Source of the DNA: Eutreptiella sp. 'Long Island Sound 2002'
Taxonomy: Eukaryota > Protista > Euglenida
Direction of reading: 5' to 3'
DNA length: 64,000 nucleotides
Assembly: GCA_964036045.1 (NCBI GenBank)
Contig: OZ038378.1
Coordinates: forward strand, 71,052,001-71,116,000
The position numbers were made by a program, and so were the translations under genes. The notes under the pieces are model-generated. The model saw only the letters and a program-made list of their open reading frames with translations. It searched no databases and was not told the origin of the DNA. Below are positions 1 to 11,750 of the stretch, piece by piece. Each line of letters opens with the position of its first letter. Positions within the stretch are counted from its first letter, which is position 1.

Positions 1-604
1 TGGCCAAGCAACTGAATTCAGAAACAGTTACAAAGTAGGACCACAATAAGTGGTAGAAACAATTGAGTATAGGGGTCTTGGGGTGGGAGACCAGTATGCT
101 TAACCTCCAAGGCCTAAAGCATGAAATGCCTATTTTATTTCGGTATACCCTCCATGAAGGAAGGTACCTCTGCTCAGTTGAGTGGTAGGGGTGAACTTCA
201 TGGGGGGCTAGGGTCACAACCCTAGTTACTTTGAGAAAGTGTACTTTAGGCATCCAAAGAGAGATAAAAGCACTTAGGTTTTTCTTGGCATCAACAAAAG
301 GGTTTTAAGGGGGGCTTGGCCTGGATCAAGCCCTCCAAGAGAGACATGGCAGTGACTGTTTCTTACTCCCCCCTGGAGTACTAGTTAGCTAAGCTAGTAG
401 GACCAAGGAAAAAGGCTCAAATATTCCCAAAATTACCTCAGAAAATGCATTGAACTTACCAAAAACAGCCTCATCAGTTCATAGAAGCCTATTACACTGT
501 AGGTACCCTTGAAAAACAGTGTTATGTACCGTGAATGATGTCCCTTCGATGGGGCATTCCTCAAAAGTCGCCGGCGTGCGACGAAAACATTTGGAAAAAG
601 TTTT

Positions 605-667
605 GGGGGTAGTGGGGTTTGAACCCAGGATTTCTCCCTAGAGCACATATGCTTGCCCACTAGGCTA
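605..667 (-). pseudogene. tRNA-derived SINE head or tRNA pseudogene (Pol III A and B boxes), 5' end displaced
   Basis: Minus strand reads TAGCCTAGTGG (A-box like, 667-657) ... GGTTCAAACC (B box, 625-616) with an imperfect T-arm (CTGGG-TTCAAAC-CCCAC) and a downstream T-run. The anticodon arm is short/degenerate and the 5' acceptor strand is missing. Confidence 0.55.
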
Positions 668-1020
668 CAGTCGAACGCTCTAATGCGGACGGCTATCGCT
701 GTATAAACAGCGTTTTAGTAAACGTCCTGAACATGGGCCAGGGCGGAGCAATACTCCCAATGGAGGACACAAATCTCCAGGAGCTGGAAAAAATAGAAAA
801 TGTAACCAACAGGGAATGATTCCTGCGGTTTAGCGGAAAGGGGTGGCGATTTAGCAAGTGAAATCGTTAAAAATCGACGAAACCACGCGGGAAATCGTCA
901 TTTTTACACATAACTCAAAGTCGCAGACAGGCGCAAAGGAAGCGGACTTCAAAAACAAGGTTGCGCAAGCGTAGACGGCTTTTGGAAAAGAAGGTATGAG
1001 CCGTAGTTTTTAAAGTTCTA
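666..1020 (+). mobile_element. Possible Tc1/mariner/pogo-like left terminus and non-autonomous remnant
   Basis: TA followed by CAGTCGAACGCTCTAATGCGGAC (668 on) resembles TA|CAGTCGAAC termini of mariner/pogo-type elements, and the TA falls inside the tRNA-like head. I found no matching right TIR in the window; the right boundary is a guess. Confidence 0.35.
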
Positions 1021-1257
1021 AAGGAAGTTTTTGCACAGTTGCATCAAAATTTTTATAAACTTCAGAGGAAAGTATTCAAATACAACCCACACCATAGAGC
1101 AGCTCAACAACCCACCTCTCAGGTATGTCAGTGTCATCTCACACGCATGCATTGTGTTCGTGTTGGTTGCTTCGTCAACACGTTAGGGTTGTCAACGCTG
1201 TGTTCGTTGGCAGTTCGGGTGTTTCTCTCTCGTGCTCTGCACAGGTTAAAACAGGAA

Positions 1258-4200
1258 TGAAAGGTATGCGATGCGAATGGAGCACGGCGCGCACGTAGGG
1301 TTAGAATATGCGCCGTGCTCGCGATGCATGTGCCTAATTGAGGCATTCACACGCTGTGACGCTTTTCCTGTACCCCAATTCACCCTTGTTTTCTCTTCAC
1401 AGGTAAGTAAAGAAAGTGTTTGTTCGTGTGTAGCCGTAGCGTTAAAGTAGGGTTGCTTAAAACGCTTAAGCCTGTTTTGTGTTCGCTTCACTTCGGCATT
1501 CACACAATGCATGGTGAGTAAGGTAGGTTAGCCCAGAAGGAGCTCACCTCCCGGTTGAGTCAGTGTGGAAATGGTTCTGCCTCCCTTCCCTGCGTGCACA
1601 TGATGCATTAAAGGGTAGGCCACGCGAATTGCGCACGGTAAACCTTGTTTAGGTTACCCAGGGGCTCCTCGGTACGTTCTTTAAGAGAATTTGAGGAGTC
1701 TCTTAACGCTTGCTTGCTTGACAGGGCGTGTTTGCGGACAGTGTATTATAGGTCACACTGAGAAGCGTATAATACGTGGAGTGTGGCTTGGTTCCTCCGC
1801 CGCAAACACACCTTCATTTGCCTCTGTTGTACAGGTGGGAGAGGTTCAGGGTGATTGGTGCACGCAGCAGCTGCCTTTGGCGGCTACCCATTTTTCTGCC
1901 CCAGCAAAACAGGGGCGCTGATCAATTGACTGTGCCTCAGCCAGGAGTGGCGACGGCAGTTCGACTTCATTGACATCCGCGCTGTGTACACAACAAGAGC
2001 ACCCCTTCCCTCCAAGCCCTAGCAGGGAAACGTGTCGTGACGTCCCTGTTAGGCCACAGTTGCTCAGCAGCGCTGTGTTCTCTTGTCTTCTTCACAGGTG
2101 GGTCATTAGGACCCGAGACATCTTTGACAGCAACACCCAGTAGCGTGTGTAGGGGTTAGGGTCAGCAGGCCTGGCAGGAGTTGAGTGCAAGTGATGAGTG
2201 CTCACCCTGCCTTCGAAGGCCGGTGCCGGCGTTAGTGAGTGTAGTGTAGTGGTGTCTGCTGTCCCGCGTGCTTTTCTTCGTGGGCAGGGGAGTGCGTTAG
2301 CTTTTGGCCCTTAGCAAAAATGGGCATTTTGTATGCCCTTAGCACACTTTGCCACCCCTCCCCTCCAGTAGGTAGGCCTTTTGCCGTCTTTCCCCAAGGA
2401 TAGGCGCCAGCACAGAAATTGGGCGCCATAGGAGTGGTAATAGTACCTGATTAAGACCTTCGGTCCGACGTCAGCGAAGCCCGGTCTCCGGGAGCCACGC
2501 CGGGGAGAGAAGTGAGACACACACAGACATACGTAGCACACATAGGGGTATGGTAAACCCTGTAAGGAAAGGTAGATCCCAATGGGTTTCGACCAGTCAG
2601 GCGTCCTAACTGTGGGCTCGCTTGTCGCCAAGGAGGGAAGACACACCTTTCCTCATAACACCTTGCTTGTTATTCCCCCCTGGTGTAGTAAGCCACCGTT
2701 CTTCGTTGGCTCCCCAAGGTCATTACATCAGGGCAGTACCCATGCAACACATGGTCAACAAGGCATACACTCGCTGGGTGGCTGCCATCCTGATAAGCGG
2801 CCACCTGGCCCACGCTGGAAACCATAGGCATGGGTCTGCAGGGCACAGACAGGGTCAGTGCAGTGCTCAGTAAGCAGTAGTCTGTGAAAAAACCAATGGC
2901 CTTCGGCCAGGGAGTGGTTGTCACGGGGGGCTAACGGTCCTGTCCTGCGATGCAAAGCGGGGCAACTGTGACAACTGCTCTTACACCCATACACAGGCAC
3001 GTCTGCAGAAGAGTGCTCACTGCACCTGTCAGTAGACTGACACAGGGAAATTAGTTTCGCTTCTTACGCTTGGACATAGTCTGAGCACGGGTTAGGAGCT
3101 GCCCCTCGTTGTTCTCAACGAGGTAAGTGCGGAAGATGGGGTTGATACTCCCATCTGGTTGTATGAAGGCTCACATAGGTTCCCAGGTCGCCTCAGATAA
3201 CCCATAGCCATCCCACAGGGTTAGGAATTTCGAGCCCTGTTTATACTCGTGGCGAGCAATACCTGCAACCACGTAGTAACCATAGACTGCCACTGCATCG
3301 GCAGTCATCTCTTCGAGTTCGTCTGCCTCCTCTGGACTGGCAGCGTTCTCTAGGTCTATATGCTCGACCTCACTGTCGCTGAGGCGCCACTTATCCCAAG
3401 AGAAGTCGTCAGGGGAGTGATAGTGCCTCAACTGCTTAGGTGCACACAGCAGTTCACCACCTAGACGTGGACTGCACCTGACATGGATCCTGGATCCATC
3501 TATCCTGATGATAGGATGGGGTCCAAAGTAAGGGTCATTTAGGCAGTTACGTGGCCAGGAGGGTAGGCGTGAATGGTGTACCAAAACAAGGTGACCAACC
3601 TTGAAACTGGCAGGTCGCCGTAGGCGGTTCCGTCGGCTCAGTTCACGGTCACGAACATGTCTCAGGTTAGTCCCAGCCTGGTTAGCCAGAGACTGCTTGT
3701 GTTCCAGCCAATCTCCCACAGGGCTCTTGAAGTCCTCAGGAAAGGGGGTTTTGAAGAACCAAGCAGGTCGTCCTCCATGGAACAGTTCCTGGGGGGTGAA
3801 ACCTGTACAGGAGCTCCGCTGTGAGTTCATGGTCAGCACCGCCCAGGGCACTTGGCGTACCCAGTCCTTGGTACCCTCCTGTTTCATCAGGATTCTTAAA
3901 TTTTGCTCCACCACACGGTTCTGTCTCTCACAGAGAGGGTTAGACGTGTGGGTATAGGGCACACCTGTGGCTACCTCCACGTTGAGGGCATTTAGCACTC
4001 GTTTGTACCACCCAGTGTCACTGCGGATGTGTACATCCTCATCAGAGTGCACTGGTTTAGGTGCTCCATAGGGTTCGAACCATTGTTCGACCATTATTTT
4101 CACAGTCTGCTCACCTGTGATTTTCTTATTGCAAGGGAACACACGAGTGAAGCGAGATAGGCCACAGGTAACCACTAGGCAACCATCATAGCCGCTGAAG

Positions 4201-5596
4201 CGTGGTAGGCCGTGGATGAAATCCACGTAGAGAAGAGAGTTAGCACAATAGGGTATGGGTAAGCTGGAGATCAGGCCCCTATTCCTACTGTTGCTCTGCT
4301 TGCTGGCATGACAGCCACAAGCATCCACAATGGTCTGCATACGCAACTTCAGTTCGGTCAGGGTAAGACCAGAGTAGAAACACTCGCGGAAGAAGTCCAC
4401 TGAGCGATTAGCGCCAGTGTGACCAGAACTGAGATGGTCACCACAATTCGGTCCTCGTAGAAGAGTTACTGATTGTTTTTATACCACTGGTGCCCGTCAA
4501 TGACACGGGGTGTGAGACCAGTGCTGAGGGTTTGGAGAATTTCTTCATACTCTGACTGATAGTCGGTTAGACTCCAGCCCTCCAGGATTCCAGCAGTGCG
4601 CATTGACAGGTCAAGCTGGACATCCATACGCTGGAAAGCCTCTCTGGCGAGCGCCTCAGAGCTCTCACCAATAAGCGCATCGAAGTTGTTGCGCGATATA
4701 TAGTCAGACAGTTCATTCTTTATCCCTGGGATATGATGCACTGTCAGCCTGAACTGGCTCAGGTAAGTGCACCACCGTTTTAGCTTTGCTTTCTCTTGTG
4801 GTGGGCCCTTCTGAAAAGACTTCAGAGGCTCCTGGTCACACAGCCAGACAATAGGGTTAGATCCCAGGAGTGGGGATTGTGACGATAGCACAAACATACC
4901 GGCCAGGAGTTCCTGATCATAGGTGCTGTAATTGGAACGCGCTTGGTTCCATTTTCAATTCCAGTGTCCCAGTGGCACCAGTCGCCATTCACTGGTAGGA
5001 TGGTCATGTTTCAACGAACCATCACGGTTCAGTCCAGTAGTACGATAATGGCAGTGGGTTAGTTCAGCGGGCTTAAGCTCCTGCCATTGGTAGATTGTAC
5101 CACCCCCCCCTACATCACTGGCTTCAGTGATCAGGACTATCTCGCTCTCAGGGCGGGGTACTCCCAGGCAGTTGGAGGAGGCAATCTTCTTCTTCAACCC
5201 CTGGAAACACTCCTCCTCTCTGGCGGTCCACCTCCAGGGAGTAGTTTTCTTGATTAGGTCAGTGACGGGGGCAGAAGAGTACGTAAAATTGTGGATGTGA
5301 CGCCGATAGAAACTACAGGCGCCCACAAAACTCCTCACATCGTGTAGACCCTTCTTAGGGTCATCGCGAATCTGCATGTCCTGTAGGGGCTGCATCTTAG
5401 ACGCGGCTGGTTTCCACCAGCCATACCCCACGTCGAAACCCAAATACTCCATCTCCTCTTTCATAAACTCACATTTTTCGAGTTTGATTCCGAGATGGTT
5501 TTCTTGACAGACAATTAAAAATTCACGGAGGAGAAAGACATGGTCCTCCTTGGTATTAGTACCCAAACTCACGTCCTCGATGTGAGCCTCGCATGC
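1258..5596 (-). mobile_element. Ty3/Gypsy chromovirus-type LTR retrotransposon, 5'-truncated (element G1)
   Basis: RT-RNase H-integrase-chromodomain order on the minus strand (5596-3051), followed by about 1.8 kb of non-pol 3' region. The end at 1258 (TG...CA like) is only weakly supported. Confidence 0.85.
3051..5596 (-). pseudogene. pol: Gypsy pol: RT C-terminal half, RNase H, integrase, chromodomain (frameshifted)
   Basis: RT: EAHIEDV, KLEKCEF, VRSFVGACSFYRR. RNase H: LITEASDVGGG, WLCDQEPL, HIPGIKNELSDYISR. Integrase: LYVDFIHGLP, VHSDEDV, NPLCERQNRVVEQNLR. Chromodomain: YYVVAGIARH..FLTLWDGYGLSEATWEP (about 3285-3174). Stop at 3051-3053. Confidence 0.93.
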
Positions 5597-5750
5597 GTTT
5601 TATTACTTCAAATGTTGCAAACTCAACACAACGTGCACAAACAACAGAGGCAACAGTGCACACAGTGTCTGTGCTATCTATCCTACCACCTCCAATAGTG
5701 CAAACATTGGTTGACAAAACATACACCATTGGCAGCACAAAAGATATTCT

Positions 5751-6068
5751 GCACAGCTGCAGAGCTGCACAGCAATCTGCACAGCTGCACGATGCACATT
5801 TGAACTTCATATTATTGCTGTGTGCTGTACCTTCAGTTCAGGGTTCAAGAACAGCTGTAATCAGTTTACTGACATATGCAGAGCAGACAACTGGCTGCAC
5901 CGTACCACCTACACAGCTGCAGAGCTGCACAGCAATCTGCACAGCTGCACGATGCACATTCGAACTTCAAATCATTGCTCTGTGCTGTACCTTCAGTTGA
6001 GGGTTCAAAGAAAAGCAGCAATCATTTTACTGACATATGCACAGCAGACAACTGGCTGCACCGTACCG
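5751..6068. repeat. Tandem repeat, two 160-bp units (GCACAGCTGC-rich)
   Basis: (G/A)CACAGCTGCAGAGCTGCACAGCAATCTGCACAGCTGCACGATGCACATT starts at 5751 and 5911. Confidence 0.9.
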
Positions 6069-6084
6069 CCTAACTACCATCAAC

Positions 6085-6560
6085 GAATCGTAATATGCAA
6101 AATGAGTCTTGCACATGCAAAACCACTGCATGTCAGCATAACAGCAACAACTAATGGATGCAGGAAATGCCTGTGCTGCCATCAATCCTTGCCAAGCATG
6201 CAATGGGCTGTTGCACTTCACAGGGTTGCGTAATCGTAATATGCAAAATGAGTCTCGCACATGCAAAATCGCTCACTGTCAGTCAGCATGGCAGCAACAA
6301 CTAATGGATGCAGGAAATGCCTGTGCTGCCATCAATCCTTGCCAAGCACGCAGTGGGTTGTTGCACTTTCAGCGGGTTGCTGATAAATATTAACTGGTGA
6401 AGCAACAGAAAAATTGTCACCGCTGTGTGTTGTACCTTCAGCAGATGGTCCAAAAACAGCTGTAATCAATTAACTTACGAATTCAGAAGAGGCCACTGGC
6501 TGAACTGTAACTCTGACTACCATCAACGAATCATAATATGCAAAATGAGTCTTGCAGCTG
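6085..6560. repeat. Tandem repeat, about 146-bp units, plus a third partial copy
   Basis: AATCGTAATATGCAAAATGAGTCT at about 6087, 6232 and 6528; ATGGATGCAGGAAATGCCTGTGCTGCCATCAATCCTTGCCAAGCA occurs twice. Confidence 0.85.
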
Positions 6561-6759
6561 CAAAGTTGCTGCATTTCAGCAACAGCTAATGGATGGAGGA
6601 ACACAAAAAAACATGCAGTGCGCTCCATGCCTCTGGTGTCAGCAAACTTGGCACAATGTGCAGTGGGTTGTTGTGCAGCAATGGTTTGCTGAGAAATAAT
6701 CACTGATCAAGAAACAGAGAAGTAGCTCAAGTTAAGCAATCAAACATTGTGACTGTCCC

Positions 6760-6945
6760 TGCTGGCCTTGCAGAAGCTGCTGCTGCTGCTGCCCCTGCAG
6801 AAGTTGCTGCAACAGCTGCCCCTGCTGCCCCTGCAGAAAATGCTGCTGCTGCCCTTGCAGAAAATGCTGCTGCCCCTGGAGATGCTGCCCTTGCAGAAAT
6901 TGCTGCCCTTGCAGAAGCTGCTGCCCTTGCAGAAGTTGCTGCAGC
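6760..6945. repeat. Minisatellite of GCTGCCC(C/T)TGCAGAA units (reads LLQGQQ on minus, A-rich PAE/LAE on plus)
   Basis: About 9 imperfect 18-24 bp units, all multiples of 3; stop-free in several frames. Confidence 0.8.
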
Positions 6946-7199
6946 GTGTTATGGTTGGTTGCTTGTGCTGGCAGCAATGGCACCCCTTGTTGAGGCAACG
7001 CTGTCAGAACAACAATATTAAAACGACTTTTGGCAGGCATCTTTAGATTCAACCACAGCATTGTAATGTTCTGACACATCCACACTTTTGTGCCAAGGAA
7101 TCAAATGTATTCAAGCAATGGAGTTTGCAAAAATTCATGCTTGAACGACAAATTTTTGGCACCGCGGCCGTTTCAGATCCAGTGCGGTAGCGTAAATGC

Positions 7200-9526
7200 C
7201 GTTTTGGCCCCAGAATGCCCCACGAAATCATAGGTGGCTCAGAGTCAACCGGGACAAGACCATTAAGGCGTCCAAGAAGGCTCTGGTCTGGACTGATGAG
7301 TCCGACCGTGCCTTTTAGTGAAAAAAGCAGCGCTGCTATCCGCAGTGGGTCTGCACCTCGTGGATGCGGACCGAGGGTTCGTTGTGTGCACAGACACCTC
7401 CCACTACGTTATCCGCGCAGTGTTGGAGCAAGTGCTGGAGGATGGGAGGCACCTGCCTGTGGCTTTCTCGAGCCGAGTCCAGGCAGAAGGCCTGAGGCGG
7501 ACATGGACACCCCGTGAGAAGGAGGCGTATGCCATTGTCATGGCTCTCAGGAAGTGGGCCAGGTACATAGCCCTGCATCCCGCCACGGTCTGCACAGACC
7601 ATGAACGTCTGCTGTCCTGGCACAAAGAGCACGTGGACACCCCCTCAGGACGCGGCCCAAAAAGAGCTAGATGCCACGAGACCTTGGCCAAGTTCGACCT
7701 CACGGTGGTGTACATTCTCGAAGAGGACAACACCGTGGCGGACTGTCTCAGGAGGTGGGCCTATACTGCCTGCAAGGGCATGACTGACGTCTCTGCCCAA
7801 TGCGACGAGGCTGAGACCGCTGAGGCCAAGAGGATCATTGATATGGAGCGAATGATGGAGGTGGATGGTGTCAAATGCTTCGTCGTCATTGCTGCAGATG
7901 CTCCCCTTGGAAGAAGTGTGCGCGGAGCGGTCCGAGTACTCGCCCGGAGGGTGCTGAGTCCGACAAACACCTGTTACCTGCGTTTTGCTTCCACATTACT
8001 GAAACGACAACTATGCAAAGTCTGAAGCTTTTGAGTCCGAGTACCCGGCCCTGATTGACTCCGACAACGGGCACAAACGGCGAAAGTGGCTCGAGGAGGA
8101 AGATGGCAAGCTCTACCGGAACGGTACGTTGCTAGTACCAGAGTTGCGGGTGCTTGAGCCCTGTGAGGCTTGACACCGCCAAAGTATGCACCCAGGGGTT
8201 ATAAAGCAAGCCTTGGATATGGAACACCGGTTCGAAATCGATGAGATCGGCCCCTACAATGCCATCAAGCAGGTCAGGGAGGGATGTTCAGTCTGTCAGG
8301 CCTGCAAGCCTGACAATCAGAATGTCAAAGGAGAAGCCCAATGGACGCCGATTCCTGACCAGCCCGTCGAGAGCGCGGGTATGGACAGTTTCTCTGTGCC
8401 CGAAGTGCACATCGGAAAAGAGGTTTTGGATTGTGTGGTCATGTTTCTGGACAGACACAGTGCCTACATTGTGGCCGTCCCGTCGTCCAAAAAGGGGTTG
8501 CTAGCCAAGGGAGTGGCAGTCATGATGATTCGTCATTGGCTGATGGTCTTCAGCATCAGGCGCACCATCTGCAGCGACCGATGACCCCAGTTCACTGGCT
8601 GCTGGTTCAAGGCCATTTGTTCCCTCACGGGGATACGTTATGCAAAGAACCTCGTCTATCTCAGTTGGTCCAATGGCCGAGCTGACCCGGCTCAAAGGCA
8701 GCTGTTTGAGAAGCTGCGCAAGACCCACCTCACCAACAAGCGCCGCAAGTGGTTTGAGGAGATGTGGCCAGCGCTTAAGGCCCATCATGACGTCCCCACA
8801 CCGGGTGGTTTGTCGCCTTACCAGATTTTTTTTGGCAGGGACCTCCTGGGTCGATCACGCCCCTTGTCAGGTGATGGCATGGTATTGGATGCCAAGGAGG
8901 TTTTTGCGCGGCAAGAGACTACGCCGCGGGAGATTTGCCAGCAGCTCAAAAAAAAGGACGTCGTGCAAGCCAAGACCGCCCCGAAGTTTACAGCGCATAA
9001 GTTCAGGTGGTTACCCGGTGTGGGTACTGAGATCCCGGCCTATGGGCACTCATCGCACCAAGACCTTGTTCACAGGCGGAGACGTGGTCCGCAGAATTGC
9101 TGAGAACATCTACCGCATCAAGGTTCGCCCCAGATAGTTCAGGGAGCCACAAGAGAGTCAGCTCCCTACCCAGGAACCGGACGTCCGTGGCAAACATGTG
9201 TCTCTGGACTACGACGCCCATGAGGCTGACTCAGACGACCACTATGCAGCACGACTACATAGGTCGAGAAGTTCCTGGCCCAGCGTCCGATTGCCTCGGC
9301 CCGTGGATGAGTGGAGTTCCAGGTGCGCTGGAGAGGCTATGGGCCGTCCCACGCGACTTGGGAACCCGTCTCTTCCTTTGTGCGGCGGAACCACACCCGC
9401 TTTATCGATTATGTCTGCAAGCGCAAGACTAAGGTCAAGCTCTTTGACTTGGAGGCTCTTACCTTGGCGATTGAAGCCCTCAGCGGCCGATCATGCCCTG
9501 AGCTGTGCCCCAAGTGGGCAGATTGA
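7200..9526 (+). pseudogene. pol: Ty3/Gypsy pol remnant (element G2): RT thumb, RNase H, integrase, chromodomain
   Basis: LVWTDESDRAF (thumb). RNase H: CTDTSHYVIRAVLEQ, REKEAYAIVMALRKW, CTDHERL, DNTVADCLRRW. Integrase: HPG...CSVCQ zinc finger, GMDSF, ICSDR*PQF. Chromodomain: EFQVRWRGYGPSHATWEP. Many frameshifts and stops. A different lineage from G1/G3. Confidence 0.9.
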
Positions 9527-11750
9527 GCACAAGTCTGTCACCTAGTACCTTGTTTGCTTGCTCTCTGCCAGCTCTGGTGCAAAGTTGTTCCCGTGGAGTG
9601 GTTGAAATGCTGCGCACGTCCAGCAGCCCCCTAATCGGGTGATTTGAAACACTCGTTGCGTGTCGCTGTGACCCCTGCGTCATGCGGACCTCCCGAAGCC
9701 GAGTTCGATGGACCCTGTTCTGCTCCCTCTGTCTCTCTCATGATCGAGTCGTCGTGGTTGACCCCCCCCCCCCTGCTGAATCCATGAGGAACCAGGTGGG
9801 ACCACCTCCCCTGGCGAGATCAGAGGCCCGAGCAGGTGGCCACAGTCCTGCTTGCTGAAGGCTATGGAAACCAGGTGGATGGGTCCCCGGCCCCCACCCT
9901 CCTGACTGTCACCTATGGTATGTCACTCCCCCTCCTGATGCATCCTTGGGAAACCAGGTGGGGCAACTGCCCTCTTCATTTTTTCGAGCAACCGGGGCTT
10001 TGAAGCCCATACAACGTTGTGCAACAGGTGTCAGCGTGATTGGCACTGCGAGTGTGCGTGTGAACTAGGCACATGGCACATTCAGGGATCCAAATCATGG
10101 GTGGGTGAGTGTGAGTTGCTGGCCTTCGGGTCTTTGTCTCCCCAGCCCCCCTGATGACGCCATATCCTTTGGTGCTCTTTTTGTAGCTTGTTTAGATCCC
10201 TTTTGAGATGTGCTATGCCATTGCCCTTCCCTCCAGGATGGGCGTCATCTTTTGCTGTTCTACTCTGGAATCACCTTTTTGGCCTGTCTTCTCGTACATC
10301 ATACCTCAGCAACCTCAGGAACCATGTATCGTACTGAGGATTGCCATGTACATGCCCACACCGTCCCGCTGGACTACCACATAGCTACAGATGGGGGGAC
10401 ACGAACGGACATACGGAGGCAACTGCGCTCGCCATGTACACTCCATTACACATGGTCAACTTGGACCAGTACTTAAGTACAGATTGTGCCTATGATACCA
10501 TGTGTCTGTGACTGTGCCTGTGGCTGAGATCCTGAAGGCGCCCAGTTGCCTGAAGGGAACTCCAAGCAGTCCGCCACCGTCAGTCCAGGTGTGAGCCTAC
10601 CGACTTGCCACCGCAGCCGGGTGGGGACCTTTCGTTTCCTGACGTCGGTCAGTCTACTTGGGAAGCTGGTGGTTTGAGGAGTCCACGCCTCCGCCCAAAC
10701 TGCATGGGGACTCCCCCATGCATAGCCTTCGTGGTAATTGGGCGAGGAAGAAGACGGCCTTGATGCCTGATACCTTATGAAGGAGCTCGTGCGGCTTTAC
10801 CACTCAGGACTCGTGCCCCAGCAGGCCCAGAAGGAAATAAACCACCCAAACAAAAGGGGGCCGGAAGGGAGCGACCCGTGCACGGCGCACGAAACAGTCC
10901 CCGGATGGATGAGGATCCAGTGGGCCCGCGTGACAGGGTTGCTGGCGGCCTGGTGGGGTATAAGCACGGGATGAGGGACCGGAAAAGGGGTCGGGAGGCA
11001 GAAGGGAGTGTGGCTAGGGCCGCACATAAGCCCCAGGAGAACGGGAAAGCACGGGACGCGGGGAGTAGGCCGTGATGGCCGACGGGATGTGGCAAAGGGG
11101 AACGAGACTACGCGGAGTTGCGAACCAGGGGACGAGGGGTGGCAGAAAGTACCCAGCAACAGCCCTGACGGACTGAGATACCAGTTGCCATGGAGTGGTG
11201 AACCATTGGCCAACCATGGGGAGCGTGACCACGGGAAGTCGGGAAAATGCCCTGCACTCCATGAGGGCCGCGAGGTGTCCGCAGGGGTGAGGGTTGACCC
11301 TGAGGTCCCCGGGTCAATAACCTGAGTACACGTGGGCTCCACGCGTGAGCGGGACCCTGGGGAACCGTTGAAAGGGTCGCCCCCTGGCCTCCAGCCGCGG
11401 ATGGACGACACCCAAGTACATCCGGGAGCCGAGTGGGTACTCCAACCCGTGAGGGATCGGGAGTGGTGGAAGGTGGTTGAGAGCAATGCTGCGCTGTCGG
11501 CGACGGCTATGCACAGGAAACCTGCATGCAGGCACCAAAAAGGCTGTGTTAGGGGGGGAAGGCCGGAGGATCCTTCAATGGGTGACTGGAAGGAGCTGAG
11601 ACCGTGAGAGCAGCGACTGAAGGAAACCTACCGCAGGTCATGCCCCAAGGGAACCTGGTTGAAGTTCTCGGCCGTGAGGTGAGACAGAGGTCGCCATGGG
11701 AAATTGATGTTGGAGAGCTCTCCTTCCCGCCAGAGGTGGCGACCATGTGA
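9527..11750. mobile_element. Probable retroelement 3' region/LTR and gag-like decayed sequence
   Basis: Directly follows G2 pol. GAAACCAGGTGG-like motif three times (about 9788, 9867, 9950) and broken coding-like frames at 10777-11700. No paired LTR was identified. Confidence 0.3.

Noticed and set aside
10701-10722. TGCATGGGG-ACTC-CCCCATGCA hairpin as a terminator
   Set aside because: No U-tract, eukaryotic context; a short hairpin expected by chance or as part of an LTR.
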